Below are positions 1 to 13,500 of a stretch of DNA of 64,000 bases, piece by piece. Source of the stretch: Utricularia gibba (taxonomy: Eukaryota > Plantae > Magnoliophyta); NCBI GenBank assembly GCA_002189035.1, contig NEEC01000004.1, forward strand, positions 1,984,001 to 2,048,000. Reading direction: 5' to 3'. How positions within the stretch are numbered: position 1 is the stretch's first letter; each line of letters begins with the position of its first letter. The translations under genes were made by a program, and so were the position numbers. The notes under the pieces are model-generated. The model was not told the DNA's origin. It did no database searches and saw nothing but the letters and a program-made list of their open reading frames with translations.

Positions 1-1260
1 GTAACATCGATAATTCAATAAAACATTTTTATGAAGTAGACATTGATATTCGAGATAACGTGGTGTAAACTACACTATTAATTTTTTAATGTATTATTAA
101 GAGGCATTTGTAGTTTTTAACAGTAAGTATTTGATGAAAAAATGACACACCCAATATACAGACATCATTTATACATAAATGGAGTCTATATATTTAAAAA
201 CAAATGTATATATTGAAATATTGATGAAAGATCAAGTGAAGTCATTGTGAATTGAACAAAAAAATCAATTTTCTAGTTGGGCCCATTTTTTCTTATTTCA
301 AGCCATCAAGTATGACTCATGTTTAAGATAAACAATCAAATGATTTGATTGCTTTTTATTTGTCAACAATCCTATAGTTGTTATGCCAGTATTCAGTTAC
401 ATAATAGAATAGAAAAACTGGTCCAAGACAAACAAAAGTTTGGTATCTATCTTTTCCATTAAAACTAATTTACATTCATAAGATATAAGAAGGTTGAATT
501 CTAAGATTAGGAAATGTGAGTTAAGTTTGTGAGTATGCCTTGTAGTTGTAGTTGGATTTCCCCAAAATCCGTTCATTTTTGAGTGATTTTTTGCTCATGG
601 TTTTTTCTCTTCATAGTTTCCATGTAAATTTAGTATTGTCTTTATTTTGCATCAACACCACACAAACACAAACTTATTTTGAATTAAACACAATTCATGT
701 TAAGCTACTTCTTGATCTTTCTTTTTTGAGATTTTTTAGCTATATGCTTAAATGTAACAGTATAATATATACATGTTAGTGGCATACCCGTTGGGAGAGG
801 AACACCATATGGAATAGAGGAGATAAATACTAGGACCAGTTTTCCTTCCCCTTAAAAACCAGGATATGAATCTCCGATGGAATAGAGGAGATAGAGCCCC
901 TTGCCACTTTGCTAGGGTATTGACATGATTTGGATCGTCAAACGTACTCTTCAACATATTTCACCATTGTAGACTAACGATGGCCATATCACTTAATGTT
1001 GAAATTTCATTAATACATAAAGTCTTCACACTTAAACGCAATAGCCAATACTAGCCACTTGCACAATATTTCAAAAAAATAAGCCATGTGTGATGTGTTG
1101 CACCAAGTTCAAATCTAATTCTATAAAAAAAAAACAAAGTGGAGCAAAAGACCTTGAACTTGATCAAATAAAATTAACCTAGACACTGAAAATAAAATTA
1201 ATAATATTAGTATACCTGGTACCTAGATTGTCGTTTTGTCTGAGAGTAATATTAAGTCAA

Positions 1261-1279
1261 TGGGCCTTGACAAGGCCCA
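1261..1279. promoter_or_regulatory. Two site-II motifs upstream of DEG5
   Basis: TGGGCC at 1261-1266 and GGCCCA at 1274-1279, about 60 bp before the ATG. Short motifs, supported by position only. Confidence 0.35.
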
Positions 1280-1337
1280 ACTTCTCAAGGATGTGTATTA
1301 TCTCCCATTTAAGGCAGTAAAGGTCCGGTGCTGAGCG

Positions 1338-2932
1338 ATGGCGGGACTTCAGCTAAGCTTTCCGTGCAGGGCATTGTCTGCAAAACAACCTTGTAAAACT
1401 CAGCATTCTCCATATTCCCGTGCGTGCTTGAGCAGCTTCACCAGAAGAGCATCTCTTGTTTTTACATATTCTTGGCTCACGACATCTTTCTCGGGTTTCC
1501 ATCCATATCGGAATCTTTCATCGTTTGCTCAAGAGATAATAGATTCGGAAGAAAACAGGGGTGTTGAAATATTTGAGGTCCTCTTCTTAACTCCTTCGAA
1601 TGTCTCCATGTCCTTTATTTTTCTTCTATTGATTACCCGATTCACCAACGCCTTATTGGACTTTAGGAGAATTCATCCTCTGTTGTTTTTGTTGAAGACA
1701 TTGGGTTATCGAAATTACCCCAGAAAGGGGTTAGTATTATTGAAGAAGATGACGGTTTCAAAGTTGAGGGAACTGGTTCTGGTTTTGTCTGGGATGGATT
1801 TGGCCACATTGTGAGCTTTGTTTCTCAATGTCTTTTGATTTTTTATGTTTCCAGCCAATGTTAATTTTCAATCTCTGAAGCCCAACATCATTTTTCTAAC
1901 AGGTTACCAATTACCATGTAGTTTCCAAGCTGCTGACTGATACAACTGGCTTACGACGCTGCAAGGTCAGGCCCATTCATCGGTTGCTTCTTCATGTACC
2001 GAACTCAACTTGTTGAGTTTGGTTTCAGGTGACCCTTGTTGATTCCGGAGGCAACAAGATTACATCTGAAGCCAAAATAATCGGCTTTGATCCTGAATGC
2101 GACATTGCTGTTCTAAAGGTACATTACCAACACAATAAGGGGCATGTTCTATGTATTCTTGATCCGTATCCTTGTGGTCACAATTTGTGTGATGCAGTGC
2201 AAATGAACTTCACCTAAGATCACTTCTACTCTCATGTTAACAGGTTGACACAACAGGGTATGAGTTGAAGCCAGCAATCATCGGCTCATCTGGTGAGCTG
2301 CGAGTGGGGCAAAGCTGTTTTGCCATTGGAAATCCGTATGGATACGAGAACACCCTGACTTCAGGGGTAACTCTTATTACTCCCATTCCTTAAGTTGTGG
2401 ACAAACCAATTGCCAAATGTCTGTTCCCCGCTCGCTTGTAGAATCTCAAGTCTTCAATGTGAAATGCTGCAATGAACTGATCATCCGAAATGATTGACAT
2501 TGCTCGCATGGGGTTTAGGTTATCAGTGGACTGGGCAGAGAGATACCATCCCGAATGGTGGCGCGATTCGAGGAGCAATTCAGACTGATGCTGCTATCAA
2601 TGCTGGTAATTTCTGTTGAAACTTGCAGTTCAGGGATTCCTTGCCAATGAGGAGACGCATGGATTCATTCCATCGTTGCAGGTAACTCCGGCGGACCACT
2701 GCTCGACTCCTCCGGCCATGTCATCGGAGTCAATACCGCAACGTTCACGCGTAAAGGTGTGCCATGCTTGACATGAAACGCTTGGTTTCTGCAGAAATGA
2801 AATGGTTGGCATTTGTCATTGCATCCAGGTACGGGGATGTCCTCAGGGGTGAACTTCGCGATACCCATAGACACGGTGTTCCGGGTAGTACCTCGCTTGA
2901 TTGTGTACGGAACTCCGTCCGCAAAGAGATAA
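1338..2932 (+). CDS. DEG5: Deg/HtrA serine protease without PDZ domain (DEG5, chloroplast lumen); 8 exons; one apparent -1 frameshift
   Basis: GT-AG exons 1338-1577, 1667-1810, 1903-1965, 2029-2118, 2244-2366, 2519-2605, 2682-2756, 2829-2932. Motifs GTGSGFVWD, VTNYHVV (His), ECDIAVLK (Asp), IQTDAAIN-GNSGGPL (Ser). Ends VNFAIPIDTV..LIVYGT with no PDZ. Exon 6 is 87 nt where phase needs 88 (CCC at 2550-2552). Confidence 0.92.
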
Positions 2933-3539
2933 ATGAAGGAATCATCAATCAGGTGCACTCCCATGAGGGAGGAAAGAGCCTGCAACTCTTATCATCTGAA
3001 CCACTGAACCGAACTGAACTGACTCGGCCTTTGTTTGATCAACAGAATCATGTTGCTGAACTGAGCAGCCCATTCGACAGGATGATGGCGATGACCTCGC
3101 CGGTCAGCAGTTCAATTTAGATGTTTCTAGAATGCAATGCATTGAAAAATTCCGATTCTCAAAGAATAACAAAATGTTCAATTTTCGAAGACAAAAAGAT
3201 AGAGCATTGATGAGTACGAAATTCGATATTGAAATATCCGACTCGGTATTTAATAGATCTAGAATACTTGATTGTTTACCAAAACGGTTTAATTGTTTTT
3301 CAAAAGAATTATTATTAATCCCATTATTTGAAAACCATGTACAATATTATATTATGTCAAAATTAATTTTCATTATCAAACTCTAATGTATTCCTTAATT
3401 TCATCTATAGATTTTGAATGGGATTCTAGTTGATATGAGTGTGGAATGGCTTACATTCCATGTTATGACATTAGGGAATTTAATTCTTCAATGTTCAATG
3501 ACAACAATTTTGGCTATTAGGCCACATCGTTCAACTGAT

Positions 3540-3870
3540 GGAAGATGAGAACAGAGATTTTGAGTAGACATTCTTGAGTTTCATGATAGCATGCAAATTG
3601 AGGAGCTTTTGGAGTGAATAATTATTATTATTGAGAGTGTCTTCAAGTTTAAATAGAGGATTTCGTTCATGCTCAAAGTGGAACTCACTACAAACTAACG
3701 AAGCTGAGAAACGACAAGCTGATCAGAAGAGATACTCATGTTGAGTTCTGCACAAGGAAATGGGTTGAGGTGAGGTGATTCTGTCTAAGAAACGATATCA
3801 AACACATGTACATCGCAAGCTAATGGAAAAGAAAATTGCTCCGAGGGAGTTCCTGGATCGCATATACGCC
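3540..3870 (+). mobile_element. Degenerate Ty3/Gypsy gag relic
   Basis: Translates with stops to DILEFHDSMQIEELLE..IIIESVFKFK, resembling the gypsy gag motif DIPEF..EEFL(D/E)W..VE.(I/V)F. Confidence 0.45.
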
Positions 3871-6800
3871 AATTATTGGCTACCCTGTACCATATTCATT
3901 TTTAAAGCATTTCCAATGTCAAGCATGTGATTTCTGGACAAAACTGACGTAGGCCCATCTAATGAAAGCTCAACTGGGAATAACTAAGTAGTTTTCTTAC
4001 CAAGGTTGTTCTGTTTCTCACATTTGCAGGAAATGGAATGGTGCTTTAACTACAGTGCAATTCCATGCAAAGCTAACAGACACAACTAGCGCTTGCTTAA
4101 GTCATCGCTTCGAGTGGAAAACCAAACGACCATATGGAATAATAACACAGCACAGTAGAGGAAGAAGCAGAAGGAATTGTTGGATGATGTGGCGCACGAG
4201 GAGGAGAGCACGTAACACTTTTCGACACCACACAGGATACGGGTGTCGTTGTCGGTCCATTTTTTACATTCATCGAGGTGCAGTCATTGGCATCAATGCC
4301 ATGTGCCCCATTGGGTGGGTGCCATGCACGTGGACAACTAAATACCATACGAGTCACGTTCACAGCTACCCTCATCTCTCCGAAAATAAATGAAGCACGT
4401 GTTTGAAATAATTAATCCCGATAAACTCGAGAGTTAGGTTATATTTTCAATAACCCTTTGTTAACGAGACCTCGAGTCTGCAAACAAGTTACGGGGTGAC
4501 TTTTAGTTTTTTGGATCTTTGTGTTTCAATGATGCATTGGCGTCATTGAATTTTGCGTTCTTTCAGACAGAAATCAGGGATGGGCGGTAGCTGTCTCAAC
4601 GCAACTCCTTCTGGGGATTGTAAAATGTGAACACCAACCAGTCAGCTTGGGTCCGAGGATCTTACACTTAAGTTAAGAGGAGGGATAAAAATTAAAATTA
4701 TATAAAATAAATTATTTACACTTTATAAATTTGCTTTAGGTTGCTTCTTATTTTTAAAGTTTTCAATAACATTTTCATAACCTTATTTTTATGTAATTCC
4801 ACTTTCGATATAAATCAATAAACTATTTGTTGTAATATTGTTTTCTATATTTTACTACATAATTTTGTCTTGATAATTTTCATAGCTGAAAATGCATGTT
4901 CAACGCTAGATGTAGAAACTGGAAGAGGTATATGCAAGTACAAAAATTTATCAATCAGATAATAAGTCATATTTCTAGCACTTTATGTGATACATTGATG
5001 CAATTCAATAAATGTATGTGATCACGAGGAATGTCTACGATAAAATGTTTTAATTGAGGTTCTAATTGAAAAATCTCTTAACTAGTGAAATCTTCTGAAT
5101 TATATTTATATACCACTAGGTATATTTCTAATTGGATAAAATGATTAAAACAATTCTTGAAAATCAATGTAATCATAAGGCTTAATAGATTCATAACATT
5201 TTCATTGAATCTAAGAATTAATTCATACTAAAATATATCAATCAATAATATCTTTTATTTGTAAAATGATGTTGTCAATAACATGCATCTGCTTTATGCA
5301 AAATATATATGTATTTATTTTTGGAACATCGATTGTAGGCATACTTATTTTTTTATCAGCCCATCCTTATTAATTTAACATTAAGAAGGGACTGAAATTT
5401 AAACATTATAATTTTAAATCTTATAGACGTACAACTTATTATTATTATTTTTTTGTTATATAGGGGCTACTTTACATGCTATTTACACTTAACCGCCCCC
5501 GCCCCTGGTCCCTAACACATGGCTCCCATTGATGGGTCGGACTGACACCAAACTCTACCCCTCGCTCATGGGTTGACTGGTAACTCTTCTCTCCAATAAT
5601 TACTTAAGATGTAGCTGAGTTGAATTATATGTTTGAATATGAGTGTTTGGTTAAGTGATAGGATCAAAGAAGAAGAAAAAGCAATTCTTAGATTAAATGG
5701 TAAACAGTGCACCTGCGTTAGAGTTACGAGTCACATGGTCACTCATTTAACTGGTAGCCACTCTTGAAGACATGCTCAATGAAATAAAATGCCTTTTAAC
5801 GAGGACGGATGCACCAACGGTTGAAAATTGAGTATTTATGAAGAGGTGGGTATTTCGCATTGCTAATTGAAACTTACTTCAAATAGTTTATATGAAATGT
5901 TATCCTATTAATCTTGATGAATTTAAAAATGACTTGAACTTCACGTGCACACAAAATCTAATTTATTAGATGAGCTGTTAGGTTTTCAACACCAACATGA
6001 TTGATAAGCAAGATAAAGAACCATTTTACATGAGTGGGATAAGAAAATTCCCCCCTCCTCCCTCCCTCCTCTGATATATGTGCTATATTTGATATCCAAT
6101 CTTCCATCAATATTTAAGAAAATGATATAGCATCTTCACCCACAAACAAGCGAATTGAACACTCACAACCAGATCGAGAAATAACCTCACTCCGAGGAGA
6201 ACCCTCTAAAAAACCTAACTTGTATACTCACATTTATTTTCAATTGTAGTAGATTGCACGAGTACACTCATCATTAAAAGTTTTTCTCTAGATGCTTAGG
6301 CATCTCCATGTTCTCACAAATCACAAATGAGTTCCTCCATATTCTTCTTCTACATGTCTTCAATTAATCTTTTTTCAGACAAGACAATCATTTTTTCATC
6401 TTTGATCTAGTAATCTTAACATTAAATGGAGAAAATACGAGTAAAAACTTGTTGAAAACAAAATATTCTATCATATTAAAAGGATACTCATTAGCAAAAA
6501 TCATATGAGAATCAATTTCTTTTAATTTCGTATAATCATAATCAAAAGCTAAATAATTTTAAGTATAGAAAAAAAACACTAGTTGTAGTAAATTTTTATT
6601 TTGAATCATTCTCTTATGTTTTAAAACACAATTCACACCAAATTTATGGTTTCGTTTATTGGCAACTTAAATTGTTGTTGCAAAATTTGCATTTGTAATC
6701 TTTGAAGCATTTTTGCTGATAATTTCTTTATTCTTTCCCATACTTTAAATGTCTTTTTTATTTTTCATTTTTCAAAATATTTTTCTCCTTCCTCAGTTGA

Positions 6801-7511
6801 AGAAGTTTGTGAATTCACATCAATGCTAACAAATGTAAGTAAATAAATAAGAAACAACATCATTGCAATTTACATGAATTATAATAGTTTTATTCAACCA
6901 TAGGATTGGAGTATAATCTTAATATTTCAATGATGAAATCCACCATGATGGTGTACTATGAATAAAGTTTGAAGCTATTTGTGAAATACAAAAACTTTTG
7001 CAGCATGGTCTGGAGAATAAGTAAAGTGTTGTTCATAACCAAAACAAAAAAACAAGGATTTCCTTTGAAAATTGAGGGCTGGTAGATTATACCTGATAGT
7101 TTTAAAGAGGGATCAGTAATCTAAATTTTTTTTAGATATTTTGATTATATTATTATTAATTAAATATATAATTGATTTTATTCGATTGTTCATTCATTAA
7201 ATTAATTAAACATAGATTTAATTCGTACCCATTTATCTTATTATTTAAATAAAAATAAATAATTTTAATCAAAACTGACTACAATTCATGTTGGTCCTTA
7301 CCATCACAACTTTTCAGTTTGTGACTGTTAATAACTGGAACTCGTACGGGTGGCTACCAAATACACTGCATGTGACAACATTCAACTTGGGCTGGTTTTA
7401 ATGGCTTATTGATGGACGATAGAAAACAAAGCTGGGGGCGGACCCCTACATGGGGTCAGGCTCCCGCCCCTTGATTCTAAGCACACAAAAATAGTGAAGC
7501 TCAAAGTTCCT

Positions 7512-7517
7512 TATAAA
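7512..7517 (+). promoter_or_regulatory. Candidate TATA box of the decarboxylase-family gene
   Basis: TATAAA 43 nt upstream of the ATG at 7560. Confidence 0.4.
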
Positions 7518-7559
7518 GACAATGCATACCTCATTAGAACTCCGCGCATCGGACACGAG

Positions 7560-9116
7560 ATGGGGAGCACGCCAACTCTGGAGTCCGAGAATGGATTCGC
7601 TGGGAGTCTGAACCCGCTGGATCCGGAGGAGTTTCGTCGACAAGGCCATCTCGTCATTGATTTTCTGGCTGATTACTACAAGAATGTCGAAAAATATCCT
7701 GTTAGGAGCCAAGTCAAGCCCGGCTATCTAAAGCAACGGCTGCCGGAGACGGCGCCCTATTCACCGGAACCGATAGAGGAGATTCTGACAGATGTGAAAA
7801 AAGATATTTTACCGGGGATCACACACTGGCAGAGCCCAAATTACTTCGCTTACTTCCCTTCTAGTGGGAGCATTGCGGGGTTTCTGGGGGAAGTGTTGAG
7901 TTCTGGTTTTAATGTTGTCGGATTCAACTGGATGTCGTCGCCTGCGGCGACGGAGCTAGAGAGCATTGTCATGGATTGGCTTGGAAAAATGTTGAAGTTG
8001 CCGGAATGCTTTCTATTTTCTGGAGGGGGAGGCGGAGTTCTCCAGGGGACCACCTGTGAGGCACTTTTGTGCACGGTGGTCGCCGCCAGGGACCAGGCGT
8101 TGAAGAGGCTTGGGAGAGACTGTATCAACAAATTAGTGGTGTACGGTTCCGATCAGACTCACTCCGCATTGAACAAGGCGGCGAAGATCGCGGGGATCGA
8201 CCCTGGAAATTCTAGGGCCATTGTCACTACCAGGGAAACAGCATTCGAGTTGACTGCTGAAGCACTACGGGCTGCGATTACTGCAGATATCGAGGCTGGA
8301 CTGGTGCCACTCTTCTTCTGCGCCACCGTGGGAACCACTTCCTCCACCGCCGTCGATCCATTGGCGCCATTGTGCAAAGTTGCCAAGGAGTACGGTGTTT
8401 GGGTCCACGTCGATGCGGCGTACGCCGGGAGCATTTGCATCTGCCCAGAATTCAGGCACTTCATCGACGGCGTAGAATACGCCGATTCCTTCAGCTTCAA
8501 CGCTCATAAATGGTTCTTCACGACGCTTGACTGCTGCTGTCTCTGGATCAGAAACCCGACTTCTCTCGTAAAAGCCCTGTCTACAAACCCTGAATTCCTT
8601 CGAAACAGGGCTTCTGAAAGCCAACAAGTTGTCGATTACAAGGATTGGCAGGCGACTCTCAGTCGCCGGTTCCGATCACTGAAACTGTGGCTCGTCCTCC
8701 GCAGCTACGGCGTCGTTAATCTTCGTCGATTCCTCAGAAACCACGTGAAAATGGCTCAAAACTTCGAGCTACTCCTGGGGATGGACAAACGTTTCCAGGT
8801 CGTGGTGCCCAGAAACTTCTCCATGGTATGCTTCCGGTTTTTTCCATGCAGTGGCGATGTCCCGTTGCAGGAGGAGGATGCCAACAAGTTGAATTCGAAG
8901 CTGTTGGAGTCGATAAATGAGTCCGGTAAGATTTACATGACGCACACGGTGATCGGCGGAGTGTTCGTCATGAGATTCGCCATCGGCGCCAGCTTGACGG
9001 AGAATCGGCATATCGACTTCGCCTGGAATGTTATTCAGGAGCATGCAAACGCTGTGCTGCTACCTAACACCAAGGGTGGCACAAACGGCCATCACCATGA
9101 CGACGTGAAGATGTGA
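7560..9116 (+). CDS. Group II PLP-dependent aromatic amino acid decarboxylase family, TyDC clade, intronless, 518 aa; predicted aromatic acetaldehyde synthase
   Basis: Single open frame with [44 protein letters not shown]-lysine NAHKW (K317), STNPEFLRN (F346) and [12 protein letters not shown] (S368). First in-frame ATG is 7560; the track start at 7494 is a GTG. Confidence 0.95.
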   Translation: MGSTPTLESENGFAGSLNPLDPEEFRRQGHLVIDFLADYYKNVEKYPVRSQVKPGYLKQRLPETAPYSPEPIEEILTDVKKDILPGITHWQSPNYFAYFPSSGSIAGFLGEVLSSGFNVVGFNWMSSPAATELESIVMDWLGKMLKLPECFLFSGGGGGVLQGTTCEALLCTVVAARDQALKRLGRDCINKLVVYGSDQTHSALNKAAKIAGIDPGNSRAIVTTRETAFELTAEALRAAITADIEAGLVPLFFCATVGTTSSTAVDPLAPLCKVAKEYGVWVHVDAAYAGSICICPEFRHFIDGVEYADSFSFNAHKWFFTTLDCCCLWIRNPTSLVKALSTNPEFLRNRASESQQVVDYKDWQATLSRRFRSLKLWLVLRSYGVVNLRRFLRNHVKMAQNFELLLGMDKRFQVVVPRNFSMVCFRFFPCSGDVPLQEEDANKLNSKLLESINESGKIYMTHTVIGGVFVMRFAIGASLTENRHIDFAWNVIQEHANAVLLPNTKGGTNGHHHDDVKM

Positions 9117-9789
9117 AGTTGGTGTGGTACCTCCAGTTATTCCATATTTCAACATGCTTGTTATGATTTACAACACAGGTAATAGGTGGATGAAGTGCTT
9201 AGTAGAGGTTGGAATATGAAAATCATCTAATAGATGATTGATTGAGTTCAATGGTACCTCAATACATGCAAAAGTTACATGGGAAGCGACATAGAGTAGT
9301 ATTTAAATCAATTACTCAAAAAAATAAAAAAATTGGATGTTTTTTTTTGTAAATATAGGATGCTCAGTCAATATCTTAATTTTTGGTGGTATAAAACATT
9401 ACCTTTTATGAATGACGCAAGAACAAGACATAGATCTACTTTGTGAAATTTAATGTCTTTTGAGTCTTTCAAACTATTTCATTGAATGTTAGAGATAGTG
9501 ATTAGTGCAAAACTATGTATTTTTGGACAAATAATGATGGAAATTTTGTAGTAATTAGTTCAAAAATTATTGCTTGAAACTTGGAATTAGAAAGGTAGCA
9601 ATCAAACTTGGAGCACCATAGCACTTTCTGATTGCAGAACAATTAAACAAAACCTTTTTTGATAAAAATGTGTTGCATATTGAAGGATTTTGGGCTACTA
9701 GTAGATTGTAATTAGAAGTTTTGACAATATCTAACATAAGTTCTAAGAAGTCACATGTATTATGCATACTAGAAGAAAAATGATTAGGC

Positions 9790-12700
9790 AAACAAGCAAG
9801 TTTTGTCTATCTAAGAATGCTTGGTTGCTTGAGATGGGTTATTACATCCTAATGTCGGAAAGACTCATATGATCTAGATATCTGAAGTTTTAGGAGGATT
9901 AGAGGTTATTTTGTAGTATGTTCAAGGTATCAATAAAATGAATATTAACTTAGAGTCATTAGGAGTTAGAAGTTTCATTGAAAATACACTTATTGACGTT
10001 TTAGCATTGCTTTAACCAACAAGTTCTTAACAATTGGTAGATCTATCTTAAGATGTATCTCCAATAACTACTACTCCAGTGGTAGAACAATTAAAAAGTC
10101 AACTAAAGCTCTTATTCCCAACACAAGATGCAATCATACTAATTTTTATATAGATGACATATACTTATTAATTGACATATGGAGTAGATTGATACTCTAA
10201 AGTAACAATTAGATTTGGAGTTTGGTATGAAGGGCTTAGTTGCAACTAAAAGGAATGTTTTTTTCTTAACTATACTTGTTATAGTCATCAAGTGATGGAG
10301 AGGTATGGTATGAGAGACTGTAAGTCAATGTTAGTGTTAATGAACCCAACTATTAAGTTGTCAATAGATTTTTGTCCCAAAAGAGCTAATGAAAAACAAG
10401 AAATAGAGAACATGCATTTCTCCATCAATGGCATTGGTAATGTATGTTACGATGAGTATAAGGTAAGATATTGTCTATCCCATCAGTTGCATCAATAGAT
10501 ACATGTCAAATCTTGGATGCATGCATTGGAAGGATGCTAAATGACTATTGTGTATTTGAAAGTAACAACAGTGTTTTGTCATGTTTTGTAGACTTAGACT
10601 TAGCTTGGAACATAGACACAAGGAAATCAATGACATGTTTTATCATTATACTTGATGGAGTAAGGGTGACTTGGATATCTACATTACATAAATTTGTGAC
10701 TCTTTCACCAAGGGAGGTAGAGTACATAGCTTTGTCTAAAGTTGGAAAAGAAGTGATGTGACTTGATTGATTTTTAAGAGAACTTGGTCTCAAAGAGCAC
10801 AAGGTGTTTTGTGTGATAACCGAAGTTCTCTAACTTTGAATGAGAATCATATTTATCATTCAAGTACCAAGCATGTATATATTTAGTATCATTGGGTCAA
10901 TGATATGCTGAAACAAAGCATGTTTGTTTTGATGCAACTAGAAAATAATTGACTTAATGATTGATAGAAGGAAAATTCTAAAGATGTTGTATGTCTAAAG
11001 GTTTTCTATATTAAAAGATATTTATAAAATTGAATAAGTATTCTATAGGACATTCAAAAAAAAATGCAATAGTAGCAAATTCGGGTCGATTCATAGTGAG
11101 CAAGCAGTTTTTCAATTGTAAGTCCTAAGCACAAGCGAGACTAAATAGAAAATTTTAGTTGGGAAACGAGTTTCTACTCCAAAGAAATTAGTAAAAATTC
11201 AGAAAATAATATCTACACTAAAGACAAACAACATAATAAGTAAATCGGCCTGCAAGTTTAAAAGTAACAATTACACTTAATATAAAAATTAATCATGCTT
11301 AAAGGATAACCTAAATATGCTCTAGTTATTATTTTGATTCACACAGTAAAAGACACAACAAAGAAAAACATGCTAAGTTGAAAACACTCAAATAAAATGA
11401 ACGTTTAGCAGGAAATGTTAAGTGAGCTAGCAAGTTGTGAAAATGCAGAAATAAAATGCTGAAAATAAAAAATTAGTTCGGGTTTTTAAGTTAGTTTTGT
11501 GCATCAATTATCATCTTCCTCTTGTGCTGGTTGGTTCTAAAGCTTGGTGGGACAGTTCCTATTGTTTTGCTACTATTATGGGCAATGGAGGTGGTTCCAG
11601 TGTCAGTCTAGAACTATTTCTTTCACCTTCTTCACATAGGCAGATTGGTGTTTTATAGGGCTTTGAACGTTGAAGATAGGTTCCAGTGTCACGCTCGAAT
11701 TGTCCTTCATTCATCTTCTTCCTTGAAATTGGTTCAAACTTGCAGGAAAAACCTCTCCCAACATTTGAAATCTCCGTTCTTTTTCCACTCTATTGTGCAT
11801 GCCCCATGTTACGTGCCTTGGGGAGGCTTAGCTTCCTTGTTCCTTGTTTCATGTCCAATAGTCTTATCTTCTCGTGCATGTAGATGCATAGTTTTCATTT
11901 TGCCCCTAGACTAATAAATACTACATATAGTGGTCAAAATACATGGCTCAACCCAAATGGGCTGGCCGTTCATGGGCCTGAATAAATAGTAAGTTCACCT
12001 CAACAAGAAAATCAATGCAAAATAGGCTCAAAATAAGTTTTTACACAAAATAAATTTGATAACTCTAATTTTAACATTTTTACCTATTTTAACTTACTAA
12101 ATTCCTTATCTTAACATGTAAAACACCACAAATATGATTAGTTTTGACACAACATCAATGACGAAGACATTAGCCTCCTCAAGGCATAAGATGCTAATGA
12201 AGGAGACATGATTTGTGTTAAAGTATTGATCACACATTCTCTTCCAATCTGAGAGGTAGATTGTAAAAGGAAAACAAGTACACATTGCGTAGATGTGCTT
12301 ATGTTTCTCAATGAGCTAGAAGTAAAGTGATGCTACATCTTGAAATTACTTGGTTTGGATGGGTAAGTCCCATGATATGCAGCAATTATTAGAATTGCTT
12401 ACATGATGATGAATGAGAGGTGATCATTGAGGGTATGTTTTATGTCTAGATAATGTTGGGTTGAACAAATAACATAATGAAGACATAGCAAATCAAGATA
12501 ATAAATGTGATTTTGGCTCTGTAAGTAGTGTTCATTCAATATATGTTATGTTGATCCAAAGTGAACATGAAATATTGATTCTTAAAAAATTGAGTTCAAG
12601 AGGTTTCACTATGTTTTTGCCTAGTGTTTTACTTGGTTATATCATAGTGTCTTACAAATCACACCAAAGAAACCAAACACATAAATGGCAATGTCAATTA

Positions 12701-12917
12701 GGTGAACACTTTAGTTCGTTAGCATCAATCCTAATGCTTTTAGGTGTTGGTGAATTGGATGCTTCTAGCATTTAGTTCTACTCTATTTCCTAGTGGACAA
12801 GAATATATGGTTTTCTCTCTTTTGTATTGTAGTGATGCACTCTTTGAATCCTTCTTTTTAGAAACAACATATATCACAAGTTCAAGAAAACACTCGAATC
12901 CCTCTATCCAATCAACA
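9790..12917 (+). mobile_element. Degenerate Ty1/Copia element (RT, RNase H, probable PPT and 3' LTR), split by a solo LTR
   Basis: 10292-10800 reads ERYGMRDCKS, FVDLDLAWNIDTRKSMT, VTLSPREVEYIAL and FLRELG..CDN, matching decayed Copia RT/RNase H motifs. Purine tract GAGAGGTAGA at 12251-12260 precedes TG (12262); a candidate CA end is at 12917. Confidence 0.75.
10962..12157 (-). mobile_element. Solo LTR (Gypsy, Athila/Tat-like), about 1.2 kb
   Basis: TG...CA termini; flanks ATGAT (10957-10961) and ATGAC (12158-12162), a 5-bp TSD with one mismatch. Confidence 0.65.
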
Positions 12918-13269
12918 ACCACTTTGCATTATATTCATAGGGGTATTTATCTCTCCCAATTTATATTCAGTGAAAATCATTTCTTTCATTTTAATAGTAC
13001 TTTTAGTTCTCTTTTCATGTCAATATTTTTTTATTTATTTACATTTTACAATTAAAGCAAGCAAAAACTTTGATTGTTTTTTAGGAGAAATTAAACACAA
13101 AATTTTATTTGAATGCTGTAATCTTACATACATCGTCTTCAAATTTGGACTTTATCTTCTGCTTTCATTTAACAAAATAGATCTGATTAAAATTTGTTAA
13201 ATTTGCATACATCGTCTTCAATTTTCATTGCATTTTTTCTTTGCTGTAATCTTACCATTTTATGTAGAA

Positions 13270-13500
13270 ATATGGAAGGAGATAATAGCTCACACGCGAG
13301 ATGGGCTGATCCTAATCATGTAAAGAACTTCATTAAAGTTTCTATGATAAAGGTTCGTGCCGAAAATAAACCGAATAGTCACTTCAACAATGTGGATTGA
13401 CATTTTAATTCTTTGACATGTAAGAACTATTTTCGAGCTCAATTGAAAAACAATTGAGATAAGATGAAAAAAGTTTGCGATATATGGGATAAGTTGATGA
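13270..13500 (+). mobile_element. Myb/SANT-like (Harbinger ORF1-type) gene relic
   Basis: ARWADPNHVKNFIKVSMIKVRAENKPNSHFNNVDW, followed by a LKNN*DKMKK-like stretch; interrupted by stops. Confidence 0.55.

Noticed and set aside
748-957. Minus-strand ORF beginning ..FDDPNHVNTL, with a 17-bp direct repeat at 809 and 877
   Set aside because: It only echoes the DPNHV motif of the Myb/SANT relic at 13.3 kb; too short and degenerate to call.
7494-7559. 22-residue N-terminal extension in the ORF track, and an out-of-frame ATG at 7522
   Set aside because: The track starts at a GTG. The region overlaps the TATA candidate, so it is probably not transcribed, and family similarity begins after ATG 7560.
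7850-9044. Antisense ORFs over the decarboxylase, and similar ones over the ERF and DUF632 genes
   Set aside because: Expected shadows of GC-rich coding sequence; no recognisable motifs.
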